Below, piece after piece: positions 20,075-28,938 of a stretch of DNA of 44,345 bases. The notes beneath the pieces are model-generated. The model made no database searches and had not been told where the DNA came from. It saw only the letters and a list, made by a program, of their open reading frames with translations. Within the stretch, counting starts at the first letter, position 1, and each line of letters starts with the position of its first letter. The DNA lies in assembly GCA_008080735.1 (NCBI GenBank), contig SHMW01000017.1, forward strand, positions 14,196 to 58,540, given 5' to 3'. The DNA comes from Promethearchaeota archaeon. Lineage in GTDB: Archaea > Asgardarchaeota > Lokiarchaeia > Sigyniarchaeales > SOKP01. The position numbers and the translations under genes were made by a program.

Positions 20075-20923
20075 ATGTGTCAATATTGTTATGAACACAC
20101 GAGTAAGGTGTGGTATTTACAAGATGTGGCTCATGATCTCACCGCGGGAAGATTCTTAAAATTGTTTCCCGGACGATTTCGGAAATGGTTTTATGAGTTC
20201 ATCGATTCTAAATTGGACCAATTTGTCGATGACAGCGTAGCGGATATCAATGAACTTCAAGCGGAACGAGAACCATATAAAGGGCTTACACGATGGTTTT
20301 ATAATTTCTTTGCGAAAAATATTTTGGGTGGACAAGTAACTACGTCCGTGGATGATGCCATCAAGGTGCTGGATAAGGGAGAAGACTATTTCCTTCATTA
20401 TTGCTCTTGTAAGAGGGGTGCTGGAGGTGGGGATGATTATCGATGTATTTTTATGAATCATAACGCTCGAAGACAACGAAAATTGAGCACGGAAGATAAA
20501 GGGCGATTTATTGACAGAGATGAGGCAGAGAAAATCATTAGAGAGCATAGAAAAGACCGTCATTTTCACACGGTCATGTGGGGGATGAAAGCTAAGGTCG
20601 ATTGCATATGTAATTGCGACCATTATTGCGCGGGATTATATGTGCCCGAAATTCGATGGGGACTTCTTCCTTCTATGAAGATCACGCGTGTGAGGAATAG
20701 GGATCGATGTGATCCGGATTGTAATATATGCGTGGATATATGTTATGCAAATGCGATCGTGAAAAATGACAAAGAAAGGATTCTAAAAGTGAATGAGAAT
20801 AAATGTATAGGATGCCATCTATGTGTAGAGAATTGTCCGCGCGATGTATTTGATTCTGTCCCTCGCAAAATCTATTACGACGCCGCGATCGGAAAAATAA
20901 AAAGACGTACCGAGGACCATTAA
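20075..20923 (+). CDS. 4Fe-4S dicluster domain protein
   Basis: N-terminal MCQYC, CSCK, ICNCDHYC, CDPDCNICVDIC and CIGCHLCVENCP. Confidence 0.82.
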   Translation: MCQYCYEHTSKVWYLQDVAHDLTAGRFLKLFPGRFRKWFYEFIDSKLDQFVDDSVADINELQAEREPYKGLTRWFYNFFAKNILGGQVTTSVDDAIKVLDKGEDYFLHYCSCKRGAGGGDDYRCIFMNHNARRQRKLSTEDKGRFIDRDEAEKIIREHRKDRHFHTVMWGMKAKVDCICNCDHYCAGLYVPEIRWGLLPSMKITRVRNRDRCDPDCNICVDICYANAIVKNDKERILKVNENKCIGCHLCVENCPRDVFDSVPRKIYYDAAIGKIKRRTEDH

Positions 20924-21050
20924 TTTTTAAATAGTAGCCCAGGATTCCAGACTATTTCACCCATAAAGAGTACCCTAATCAAAAAAACATATAAACGCGC
21001 TAAATTTGGTGAAGTGGGTTTAGCTTCTTTCTTTTTTCCAGCTTCGTAAT

Positions 21051-21854
21051 TTATATCTTTTTAAAACAGCAATCAGTTAACGCCATCATCTCTTCAAGGC
21101 ATTCATCCACGAATCGCACCCGTTTTTTCCATTCAGACGTGGATTGGAAGCTTCTACTCCATTTTTCATAACCACTCTCGTCTATTTCCACATGATATCT
21201 ATCTGGGGTTTCCCACTCGTGTCCTTCAACCTCAATATATTCGGGATTTTTGGCGTGATTCCATAGGATTAACGGCCATGCTCCGTAAAATCCTACTGTA
21301 GTACGAGAAGGATATCTAAGAAGATGATGTCCTAATTCAGGGGTGAAAATATAGCTCACGGAGATGATATCTATATCTTCTGAAAATCCGAGTATCTTCG
21401 ATCCTACATGATTGATGATTTTTTCTGTATCTCTTTGCGTACGAGGATGGGTTTTGAAAGCGCGATCGGAACGCCCTATATGAAGCAAATCAAAATTAAA
21501 GGAGTCTTTCATTGTCTCCATTATTTCACTAGGATAATTATTAATCCAATGGAGGAGCCTGTCGAAATCAATGTAAAAAATTCGTTGATATTGCTCTTCT
21601 TCACACACATCGAGGGCACATCGAATGGCAAAGGAATAGGTGTCGATTTGTGGGTCATTAGGAGTGAGTCTTACGGTTATATTATCCTTTTGTAGAGTAT
21701 TAATTACTTCTGAAGAGGTAAAGGAGGTACAGGAGATGATAATGTTTGGGTGGAATTTATTTATAAACGATAAGGCCTTTTCAAAACTCTTTCTGAGTCG
21801 AAACTCTGGTTCATGAAGTGTAGAGGCAATGATAATAGAATCGAAAACAGTCAT
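21051..21854 (-). CDS. Conserved hypothetical protein, possible GT-A-like fold
   Basis: 267-aa ORF with a DxD-like YIDFDRLLHW motif after a Rossmann-like N-terminus. Function inferred only. Confidence 0.55.
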   Translation of the reverse strand: MTVFDSIIIASTLHEPEFRLRKSFEKALSFINKFHPNIIISCTSFTSSEVINTLQKDNITVRLTPNDPQIDTYSFAIRCALDVCEEEQYQRIFYIDFDRLLHWINNYPSEIMETMKDSFNFDLLHIGRSDRAFKTHPRTQRDTEKIINHVGSKILGFSEDIDIISVSYIFTPELGHHLLRYPSRTTVGFYGAWPLILWNHAKNPEYIEVEGHEWETPDRYHVEIDESGYEKWSRSFQSTSEWKKRVRFVDECLEEMMALTDCCFKKI

Positions 21855-22073
21855 ATACTATATAACATACACGGCGAATTATATTTCTTCTCTGTATAGT
21901 ATTTTTCTATAGAGAGAAACACCAGCACTCATATCACTCATCTTATTTTGGATCAAAATGTCAAAAGTTAAAAACTATGAATTCTTTATTATACTCAGAG
22001 ACAAGAATACAATCGAGTCTTACGATAAAAAATAACGATTATAAATATTACAGAACACACGAAGTATTAAGTT

Positions 22074-22700
22074 ATGAATTGTATATCAACCGAAGACGTA
22101 AAAGAATGGAACGGAAGAACAATTGAAATTGATGATTCTGGCACGGGTGATATCGTAGGAGATGCATTTATTGGTTTTCACGATGTCCCGACAGGAGAAA
22201 TTATCTTTCGCGGAATTTCTGTTGGATTCTATACTGAAGAGAATAGAAATGACGATGGACCGAAAAAGCGAATTTTAGAAGCGGTCAAAGACGGCCTGAA
22301 AAGCCTCAATTATAATAAAGAACACGATCGAATCCTTCTCTGTCGAGGAAGCTGTTTTGACTTGGTAAGAGAATGGTTTGAACAAGAGGAATTTAACTAT
22401 TTACCCGCGATTGTCGAGGGTAAACTTCAAGACGCCGTTGAAGGAAGATTCATTTCCCATTTGAGATCGCTTGGAGTTAAATCCAAGAAGTTATCAAAAT
22501 CAGCCGGAAAAGAACGATTTTTTATTTTATTTAACTGGGTTTGCGAAGATTTTCCAAATCGAGAAAAATTTGTAAAGCGGGGATTCCCAGCTTGGCAAAA
22601 GCGTTGGCGAGGAAGAGCTCAGAATCGGTACGAGTCAAAAGCTCAAAAACGCAATTTTATCAAATCTCGAGCCAAGGAAATCCTTCAGAAACAAATCTAA
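22074..22700 (+). CDS. Hypothetical protein with RNase H-like N-terminal motif
   Basis: IEIDDSGTGDIVG resembles the first strand and acidic motif of RNase HII-like folds. Basic C-terminus. Confidence 0.55.
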   Translation: MNCISTEDVKEWNGRTIEIDDSGTGDIVGDAFIGFHDVPTGEIIFRGISVGFYTEENRNDDGPKKRILEAVKDGLKSLNYNKEHDRILLCRGSCFDLVREWFEQEEFNYLPAIVEGKLQDAVEGRFISHLRSLGVKSKKLSKSAGKERFFILFNWVCEDFPNREKFVKRGFPAWQKRWRGRAQNRYESKAQKRNFIKSRAKEILQKQI

Positions 22701-22958
22701 ATTGTTCTTCTTCCTTCTAAGATTTACAGATTTTAATTTGTTTTATTTTATTTTAAACACTAATTATTTTTTAGATCTAGTTAGAAATTTTTAAAAAAAT
22801 CTAGAAACTTATGTTTTTATTATATATTAAAAAATTAGTAAAATTCCTATAAAATCTCGTATTCATAACATGTATGGCATTCTATTGGATTATAATAATA
22901 GATATAAATCATAAATGAGATATAAAAAATATTTTCATATTGAAGTTAGTGATTTTTG

Positions 22959-23561
22959 ATGGTTAAAAGGAGTAATAACGAAAGTAAGAATGGAGAAAAG
23001 GATAAAGAAGAGCAAATTTATACATTTATAGAAGGGGAAAATATCGATTTGACCCCAACAAATTCCGATCATATCGAAATTTATGCAAAATGGACTAATT
23101 CAGAGAAAGTACGAAAATTTGCTAGAAACTAAGTACCTAGAACTATTGAAGAAATGAAAAAATGGTATGAACCACAGGGAGAAGGTCCTAAAGAACATAT
23201 TTCTATGGAGATATGGCATAAAAAAGATAAAAAATTAATTGGATTGGGGGGATTGAATCATATTAACTGGTATAATAGAACTGCTAATATTTTTATGCAG
23301 ATTGGAGAGTTGGATTACTGGAGTCAAGGAATCGGAACCGAAGCAGCAAAATTAATTGTGGATTATGGATTTTTGGAACTTAATTTACATAAGATTTATG
23401 CTGGTGTGTTATCCAAAAATGTAGGCTCTTGGAGTTGTGCAGAAAAGGTAGGCTTTATCCAAGAGGCAACGTTAAAAGAAGAGGCTTATGTAAATGGCGA
23501 ATATTTAGATGTTAAAAAATACTATCTTTTTAAAGATGAGTGGCTTAGCCAAAGAGACTAA
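22959..23561 (+). pseudogene. RimJ/RimL-type GNAT acetyltransferase with an in-frame stop
   Basis: ATG at 22959 reads ...FIEGENIDLTP...YAKWTNSEKVRKFARN*VPRTIEEMKK with TAA at 23130-23132, in frame with ORF 23154-23561 (YWSQGIGTEA; ELNLHKIYA). Confidence 0.8.
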
Positions 23562-23573
23562 TTATTAAACAAG

Positions 23574-24176
23574 GTGATGAGCATTTCACCCAATAAACTA
23601 AATCATAAAATAACACCCTTTTTAGATGGTGATCATATATGTCTTGTTCCAATAAAAAAAGAACATTTAGATCTTTACGTAAAATGGATGAATAATCCTC
23701 GAGTACGTCGCTTAGCCCGATCTACCACTCCCACGACAAAAGAAGATATTGAAAAACGTTTCGAGGTTCAGAAAAAAAAAATAAAAGATAGTTTCTATTT
23801 TGAAATATTCCATAAACAAGATAAAAAACTAATCGGAGATTGCGGCTTTAACAATATAAGTTGGATTGATAGACGGGGGAATATTGGTTTAGGAATAGGA
23901 GAACCGAAATATTGGAATAAGGGTATTGCTTCAGAAGCAGTGAATTTACTATTAAAATACGGATTTGATGAATTAAACTTGTTTAAAATTTATGCAGATA
24001 TTTTTTCTCCAAATATCGGCTCTTGGAGATGTGCTGAAAAAGTTGGAATGAAACGTGAAGCAGAATTAAAAAAACATGAATATATAGAAGGGAAATATGT
24101 TGATAGATATATATATTCTATCTTTAAAGATGATTGGAAAGATTATAATAAAAATAGGAAAAATTATGCTGGATAG
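23574..24176 (+). CDS. RimJ/RimL-type GNAT N-acetyltransferase (intact)
   Basis: IGEPKYWNKGIASEA acetyl-CoA motif, ELNLFKIYA and NIGSWRCAEKVG. Confidence 0.9.
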   Translation: MMSISPNKLNHKITPFLDGDHICLVPIKKEHLDLYVKWMNNPRVRRLARSTTPTTKEDIEKRFEVQKKKIKDSFYFEIFHKQDKKLIGDCGFNNISWIDRRGNIGLGIGEPKYWNKGIASEAVNLLLKYGFDELNLFKIYADIFSPNIGSWRCAEKVGMKREAELKKHEYIEGKYVDRYIYSIFKDDWKDYNKNRKNYAG

Positions 24177-24687
24177 GATTTCGTATGGGGAAAAAAAAGA
24201 AGATTGGCCAATTTGTGGGGGGGTGGTCAAATCTCACTTATTCCTTCTTACAAAGAGAACATCACTTTATATGCTAAATGGATGCATAACCCAAATATGA
24301 GAAGATTTTCACATATTCTGTTTCCTATTTCTTTAGATGAGTTCAAAAAATGGTTATAACCCTGAGAAAATAGATTTAAGGAGTTTAATGTCTTTGAAAC
24401 TCATCATATTGACGAGGAAAAGTCGATTAGAAAAGCGGGATTAAGCCATTTAATTGGTATGTTCGACATGCGAAGATTATAGTTTTAAAGAACTTAATCT
24501 GAAGAAAACTTATGTAAATATCGCAGTTCCTAATATCGGATCATGGAAAGTTGTTGAGAAACTAGGCTTTACTTTTGAGAGCACATCTAAGCATGAATTT
24601 TATGTAAAAGGTAAATATCTTGATGTGAAAAAGTACTATTTACTAAAAGAGGATTGGATAAAAATGAACCTCCTTAGATGGATTTAG
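24166..24687 (+). pseudogene. Degraded third GNAT paralogue
   Basis: Fragments GQISLIP..ENITLYAKWMHNPNMRRF...KKWL*P*ENR and ELNLKKTYV..PNIGSWKVVEKLGF lie in different frames. There are stops and frameshifts, and the acetyl-CoA-binding segment is missing. Confidence 0.8.
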
Positions 24688-24741
24688 AAAACACTTCTTT
24701 TTGTTTAGAATAAAATCAATTAGAACTTAATTAGGTCGAAA

Positions 24742-25017
24742 TCATCCACCACCCAAGGCAATGGAAAGGTGAATTTCGTCACCTTCCTTAACTTTCGTAT
24801 CATATTCATCCAGATATTTAATATCCCTTCCATTCAATAAGATTATATTCTCTTCCCGTAATAATCCATCATCTAACAATTTAGGCTTTATCTTATCTTT
24901 ATGCTCCTCTACAAATTGCGAAATAATATCTCGCATCGTCTCCCCTTCATACTCTACTTCCTTTTTCCCAAGATCTATTCGGAACATATTTAATAATTTC
25001 ATCCTAACTTTCGGCAT
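24742..25017 (-). CDS. MoaD/ThiS/SAMP-family ubiquitin-like sulfur carrier
   Basis: Beta-grasp pattern IILLNGRDI...GDEIHL with C-terminal GG. Likely start MPKVR at 25017, preceded by AAGGAG. Downstream of aor. Confidence 0.88.
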   Translation of the reverse strand: MPKVRMKLLNMFRIDLGKKEVEYEGETMRDIISQFVEEHKDKIKPKLLDDGLLREENIILLNGRDIKYLDEYDTKVKEGDEIHLSIALGGG

Positions 25018-25216
25018 ATCTAATCTCCTTATACTGTTAATTGGGTCTGTATGTATATTCAATAATATTATGTAAAAATATTCTTAAAAATTTGTTTTTG
25101 ATATTTTATAACTCAAATTGATCTACTTTGGGTAATCTAAATCTAAAGATATAAAAAAATAGAAAATAGTTAGTTGTGTGGATGGGTTGGATTGGTTTCA
25201 TTTCGGATTGGGCAAA

Positions 25217-27067
25217 TTATGCCTCTAATCCTAATTCCTTTAGTTTTGCTTTGGTGGGGTGTCCTTCTCCATCATATCCTCTCTGCTCGTAATACATGTC
25301 AAGCATCGAGTCTAATGGATGTTTATTTCCTTTTGCGGGCCCTTCAGGCATTTCTTCAGTTGTTAATCTTTTTGGTAACGAATCATCTTTTCTGCCGAAT
25401 CCTTCTCTGGCATTAAATTGTCTTTCCAAGGCATAAATTCGCTCTCCCGCTTTAACAAATTCGTCTGCGGTAAAATCACCCCATCCCATTACGGCTCCGA
25501 CCATTGGAGCAAACTCTTCCGCTCCTGCAGAGAATGTCTGAAAGAGACATGTTCCCGTCGAATCCACCGCAGCGGTAAGGTTTTGGAATAGGATAGTTAG
25601 TCCGACTTTGTCCGCACTCCCATCAAATGGGTCTGCCTTCAATGGTGCTCCAGCTATTTCAGCGGCAATTGTATAACCGTTTACATGGGCTCCACCTCTA
25701 TTAGATGTGGCGTAATTTAGTCCAATACCATAAGCCCCTCGAGGATCATAGGCAGGAAGTTCTAATCCTTTTGCTTGCATTGTATATTCTTCCGCTCCCT
25801 TACCAATTTTCTTGGCGGCAGCTAAAGAACCGTCTGCCAAAGTGTCTCCAAATCCTTCTCGCTTGCCCATCATCTCCAAGGTTTTAATCATTGCGTCCGC
25901 ATCGCCCCATTTCAACTCGAAACCTAAATCATCCTTTGTAATTAGGCCTTTTTCGTAGGCTTCCATAGCAAATCCAATAGTAACTCCCGCAGAAATAGTG
26001 TCAAATCCATATTCATTGCATATCCAGTTTGCTCTGGCAATGGCATCCAAATCATTAATTCCAAGTTCAGCACCAAAAGCCCATGTGGTTTCATATTCTA
26101 AACTCTCTCCTTCCGTTTTCTCATAATGTTTGCCGCCCCAGGTGCCTTCGTTATACTCTACCCATCGTCCACAGGCTATTGGGCATTTATAACATGCTAC
26201 TGCCTTTTTTAAGAGATCATCGGCAATCGTCTCCCCAGAAATATCTTCTGCCTCATCAAATTGCCCGGTCTGAAAATTACGAGTGGGTAATATTCCCGCA
26301 CCATTAATAACATTCACCAATACCGCAGTTCCCAACGCGTTCAATGCGCCTCCTGACTTTGTTAAATCTCCTCCGGCAGGATGGCTTTGCAACGCATTGA
26401 CCGTTTCTTGGACTGCTTCATCCATAGCATCCGGATTCGCAACTTCTATTTTTTGGGTTCCTCTGACGACAATTGCTTTTAGATTCTTACTCCCCATCAC
26501 CGCACCTGCGCCACCTCTTCCAGCAGCTCTATATTTATCGTTCATCACACCTGCGATTTTTGAAAGCTTCTCACCGGCAATACCGCATTGTAGCACATGA
26601 GCCTTCTCATCTGTCTCGCTTTTAAGAGCATCATCCACTTCAGAAACCATTTTTCCCCAGTATTTCTTCGCTTTCCGAATTTCCACCTCTCCATCATGTA
26701 TCCATAAATAAACCGGCTTCTTTGCTTTCCCCTTAATTACCAGAACGTCAAATCCCGCCTTTCTTAACGCGGCTCCCCATGTTCCACCGGAATTCGCGGT
26801 AAGAATCGTCCCTGTTAATGGAGACTTCGTGACCACCATATATCGACTACTGCTGGGTGCTTTTGTATCTGTGAGCACGCCAGACGCGATTACCATGATA
26901 TTGTCAGGCGATAATGGATCTGTGTTCGGCTCCATCTCGTTGTAGAGAATATAATCTCCTATCCCCCGTCCACCGATATATTTGCGAACGATTTCCTCGT
27001 CAAGCTCCTCTACTTCCCACTTCTCCTTATTTAAATCTACCCTTAATACTTTTCCATAATAAGTCAT
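25217..27067 (-). CDS. aor: Tungsten-dependent aldehyde:ferredoxin oxidoreductase
   Basis: KSPLTG, AAGRGGAGAVMGSKNLKAI, CYKCPIAC, EYET, DTISAG, KGLELPAYDPR, RGGAH and DSTGTCLF. Likely start MTYYGK at 27067 after GAGG. Confidence 0.93.
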   Translation of the reverse strand: MTYYGKVLRVDLNKEKWEVEELDEEIVRKYIGGRGIGDYILYNEMEPNTDPLSPDNIMVIASGVLTDTKAPSSSRYMVVTKSPLTGTILTANSGGTWGAALRKAGFDVLVIKGKAKKPVYLWIHDGEVEIRKAKKYWGKMVSEVDDALKSETDEKAHVLQCGIAGEKLSKIAGVMNDKYRAAGRGGAGAVMGSKNLKAIVVRGTQKIEVANPDAMDEAVQETVNALQSHPAGGDLTKSGGALNALGTAVLVNVINGAGILPTRNFQTGQFDEAEDISGETIADDLLKKAVACYKCPIACGRWVEYNEGTWGGKHYEKTEGESLEYETTWAFGAELGINDLDAIARANWICNEYGFDTISAGVTIGFAMEAYEKGLITKDDLGFELKWGDADAMIKTLEMMGKREGFGDTLADGSLAAAKKIGKGAEEYTMQAKGLELPAYDPRGAYGIGLNYATSNRGGAHVNGYTIAAEIAGAPLKADPFDGSADKVGLTILFQNLTAAVDSTGTCLFQTFSAGAEEFAPMVGAVMGWGDFTADEFVKAGERIYALERQFNAREGFGRKDDSLPKRLTTEEMPEGPAKGNKHPLDSMLDMYYEQRGYDGEGHPTKAKLKELGLEA

Positions 27068-27383
27068 TTTTTTTGTTCGCCTCTTCATTTTGATTGGATC
27101 GAATATTATTCATCTGACAAAAAAGTGAAGATCCGCATTTTCCGCCTTTCATTCACACGAAAAGTGAATAATATTTTTTCCAATTTTTCTGCAATTTATT
27201 CGCAAAATTGCGTTGTTCCGTATTAGAATATTATTAGGTGCTATATAAATACACATTATGCATGAAAAGACACATCGAATCTCCTCCAATTTATTACTTC
27301 TAGAAAATATACGCTTCGAAAAACTTAAATATTCATTTAAATAGGTTCTATATGTAGGTTTCAATAAAAAATACGAATCGTGC

Positions 27384-27863
27384 GTGAGATGGACAATGTA
27401 TAAGATGAATGACGAGCTCGACGATCTGGATAAGAGACTTCTCAATATATTGCAGCAAGGGAAGAAGCTGACTTATGAGCAACTGGGAGAAAAGCTGGGT
27501 TTAGCAGCCAGTACCGTCCATTCACGTGTTCAGAGTTTGAAGGTGCGGGGGGTGATCAAGCGTGTAGGACCGCTGGTGGACCCGCTCAAGGCGGGCTTAG
27601 ACACGATCGCGATCATCGGGCTGAGCGTGGACCCGCTAAAGATGGACGCCGTGGCGCACAAGCTCTCGTTTTTTGACCAGATCCCGCTTATTGCATCGTC
27701 GACGGGGGATCATGATATGATCGTCCAGATCTTAGCGAGGAATGAGAAGGAACTCTGGCGGTTTATCAACAAGAATATCAAGCCCTTAGACGGAATTCGA
27801 TCATTGATGGACGTGGCAAGTTTTATCGATATTTACAAGAACACGCATCAAGTCAAATTTTAA
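27384..27863 (+). CDS. Lrp/AsnC family transcriptional regulator
   Basis: LDDLDKRLLNILQ...LGEKLGLAASTVHSRVQSL..RGVI HTH, and a RAM domain with TGDHD. Divergent from aor. The true start is probably a downstream ATG. Confidence 0.92.
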   Translation: MRWTMYKMNDELDDLDKRLLNILQQGKKLTYEQLGEKLGLAASTVHSRVQSLKVRGVIKRVGPLVDPLKAGLDTIAIIGLSVDPLKMDAVAHKLSFFDQIPLIASSTGDHDMIVQILARNEKELWRFINKNIKPLDGIRSLMDVASFIDIYKNTHQVKF

Positions 27864-28034
27864 CCATCCTTACTGATCCTAAAAGAGCTTACTTTCTTTA
27901 CATCTATACGTCTTTTTAACATGCAATAAAACCAATCTAAATCTATTATTTCTGAAAAGTAGTATGATTAGATCTTACATTCTAAAGGGAAGAAAAGCCG
28001 ATCATTACTTTTTCTACAAAATTGACAAATTCCC

Positions 28035-28913
28035 TTAAGTCATTTCTCTCTTTATAAGGTCTCGCTCTCTTAAATAATATTTGGGATAGTACCGTATCAC
28101 ACCCATACCTGCCGTGCGATTCCCCCCGACATTCGTGTATTCCCCGAAGCGGCACAAAATTTCGAGCCAGCGACAATTCTGCTCGTAATCGTCATTTACA
28201 TATTCGTAATCATACTCTCGCTCCAAGGTCTCTAATCTCTTTTTGTAGAAATTCTTGTTGATTGGGTTTACCCGATATGTGGCATTGCCCAACCCTCCGA
28301 CAACAGGACGACGTTTACCTATCTCTCTTTTTGCCGACCGCATTTTATATCCTGTAATATAGACATGGGCATTTATCCACTCGATAAATTCATCTCGGTT
28401 AATCTCGGCTACATTCTCGACGACTTCATTCCAAATATGTGCCAAATTTCCAAAAAGCAGTACGGGGATGGGAAATCGTACGGGATAATCCCCCATACTG
28501 GTGTTAAAATAAACTGGAGTCGCAAAATTGATGTTAAACCCACGCACGGGCTTGGCCTTCTCACACATACCCCTCAAATGAACTTTTTCGAAACTTATTC
28601 GGCTAATATAATAATTTTTCTCACCAAGCTCTAACTTGACCTTCTCGCCCGCCAGGATATCGTTCATAAGAAATTTACTCAAATTATCATTGTAGGATAC
28701 CAGAACGAAGTCAATTTTGGGCTGTTTTTTATGGATTATACAGTTGATTGAATAAGGTCTGATCTCCTCATACTCGTGGAGCAGATGGACGAGTTCCGGC
28801 TCCTTTTCGCTGAGCCATTTCATGATGACACCCCGAAAGACATAGCCGTAGGGATGGTTATAGGGCTTTACTCGATCGTCTTCGGGATATAGCTCGAAAG
28901 TGAGTTTTAACAT
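28035..28913 (-). CDS. cas6: CRISPR pre-crRNA processing endoribonuclease Cas6
   Basis: C-terminal Gly-rich loop GEYTNVGGNRTAGMG, LH...RPYS and FATPVYF. Last gene of the cas operon. Confidence 0.9.
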   Translation of the reverse strand: MLKLTFELYPEDDRVKPYNHPYGYVFRGVIMKWLSEKEPELVHLLHEYEEIRPYSINCIIHKKQPKIDFVLVSYNDNLSKFLMNDILAGEKVKLELGEKNYYISRISFEKVHLRGMCEKAKPVRGFNINFATPVYFNTSMGDYPVRFPIPVLLFGNLAHIWNEVVENVAEINRDEFIEWINAHVYITGYKMRSAKREIGKRRPVVGGLGNATYRVNPINKNFYKKRLETLEREYDYEYVNDDYEQNCRWLEILCRFGEYTNVGGNRTAGMGVIRYYPKYYLRERDLIKREMT

Positions 28914-28938
28914 TTTTTTTATTATTTTTATTAGGTTA

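Noticed and set aside
8680-23132. TAA reassignment or selenocysteine/pyrrolysine readthrough to explain the in-frame stops
   Set aside because: The stops are TAA, not TGA or TAG, and TAA terminates many intact genes here (Nudix, histone, cas6, cas8b).
24742-25062. Eukaryote-type ubiquitin partnering the RING protein
   Set aside because: Sequence and position next to aor fit a MoaD/SAMP sulfur carrier for tungstopterin synthesis.
25176-25213. GGATTGG-like short repeats or a G-quadruplex after aor
   Set aside because: Mostly GG runs and too short to separate from chance.
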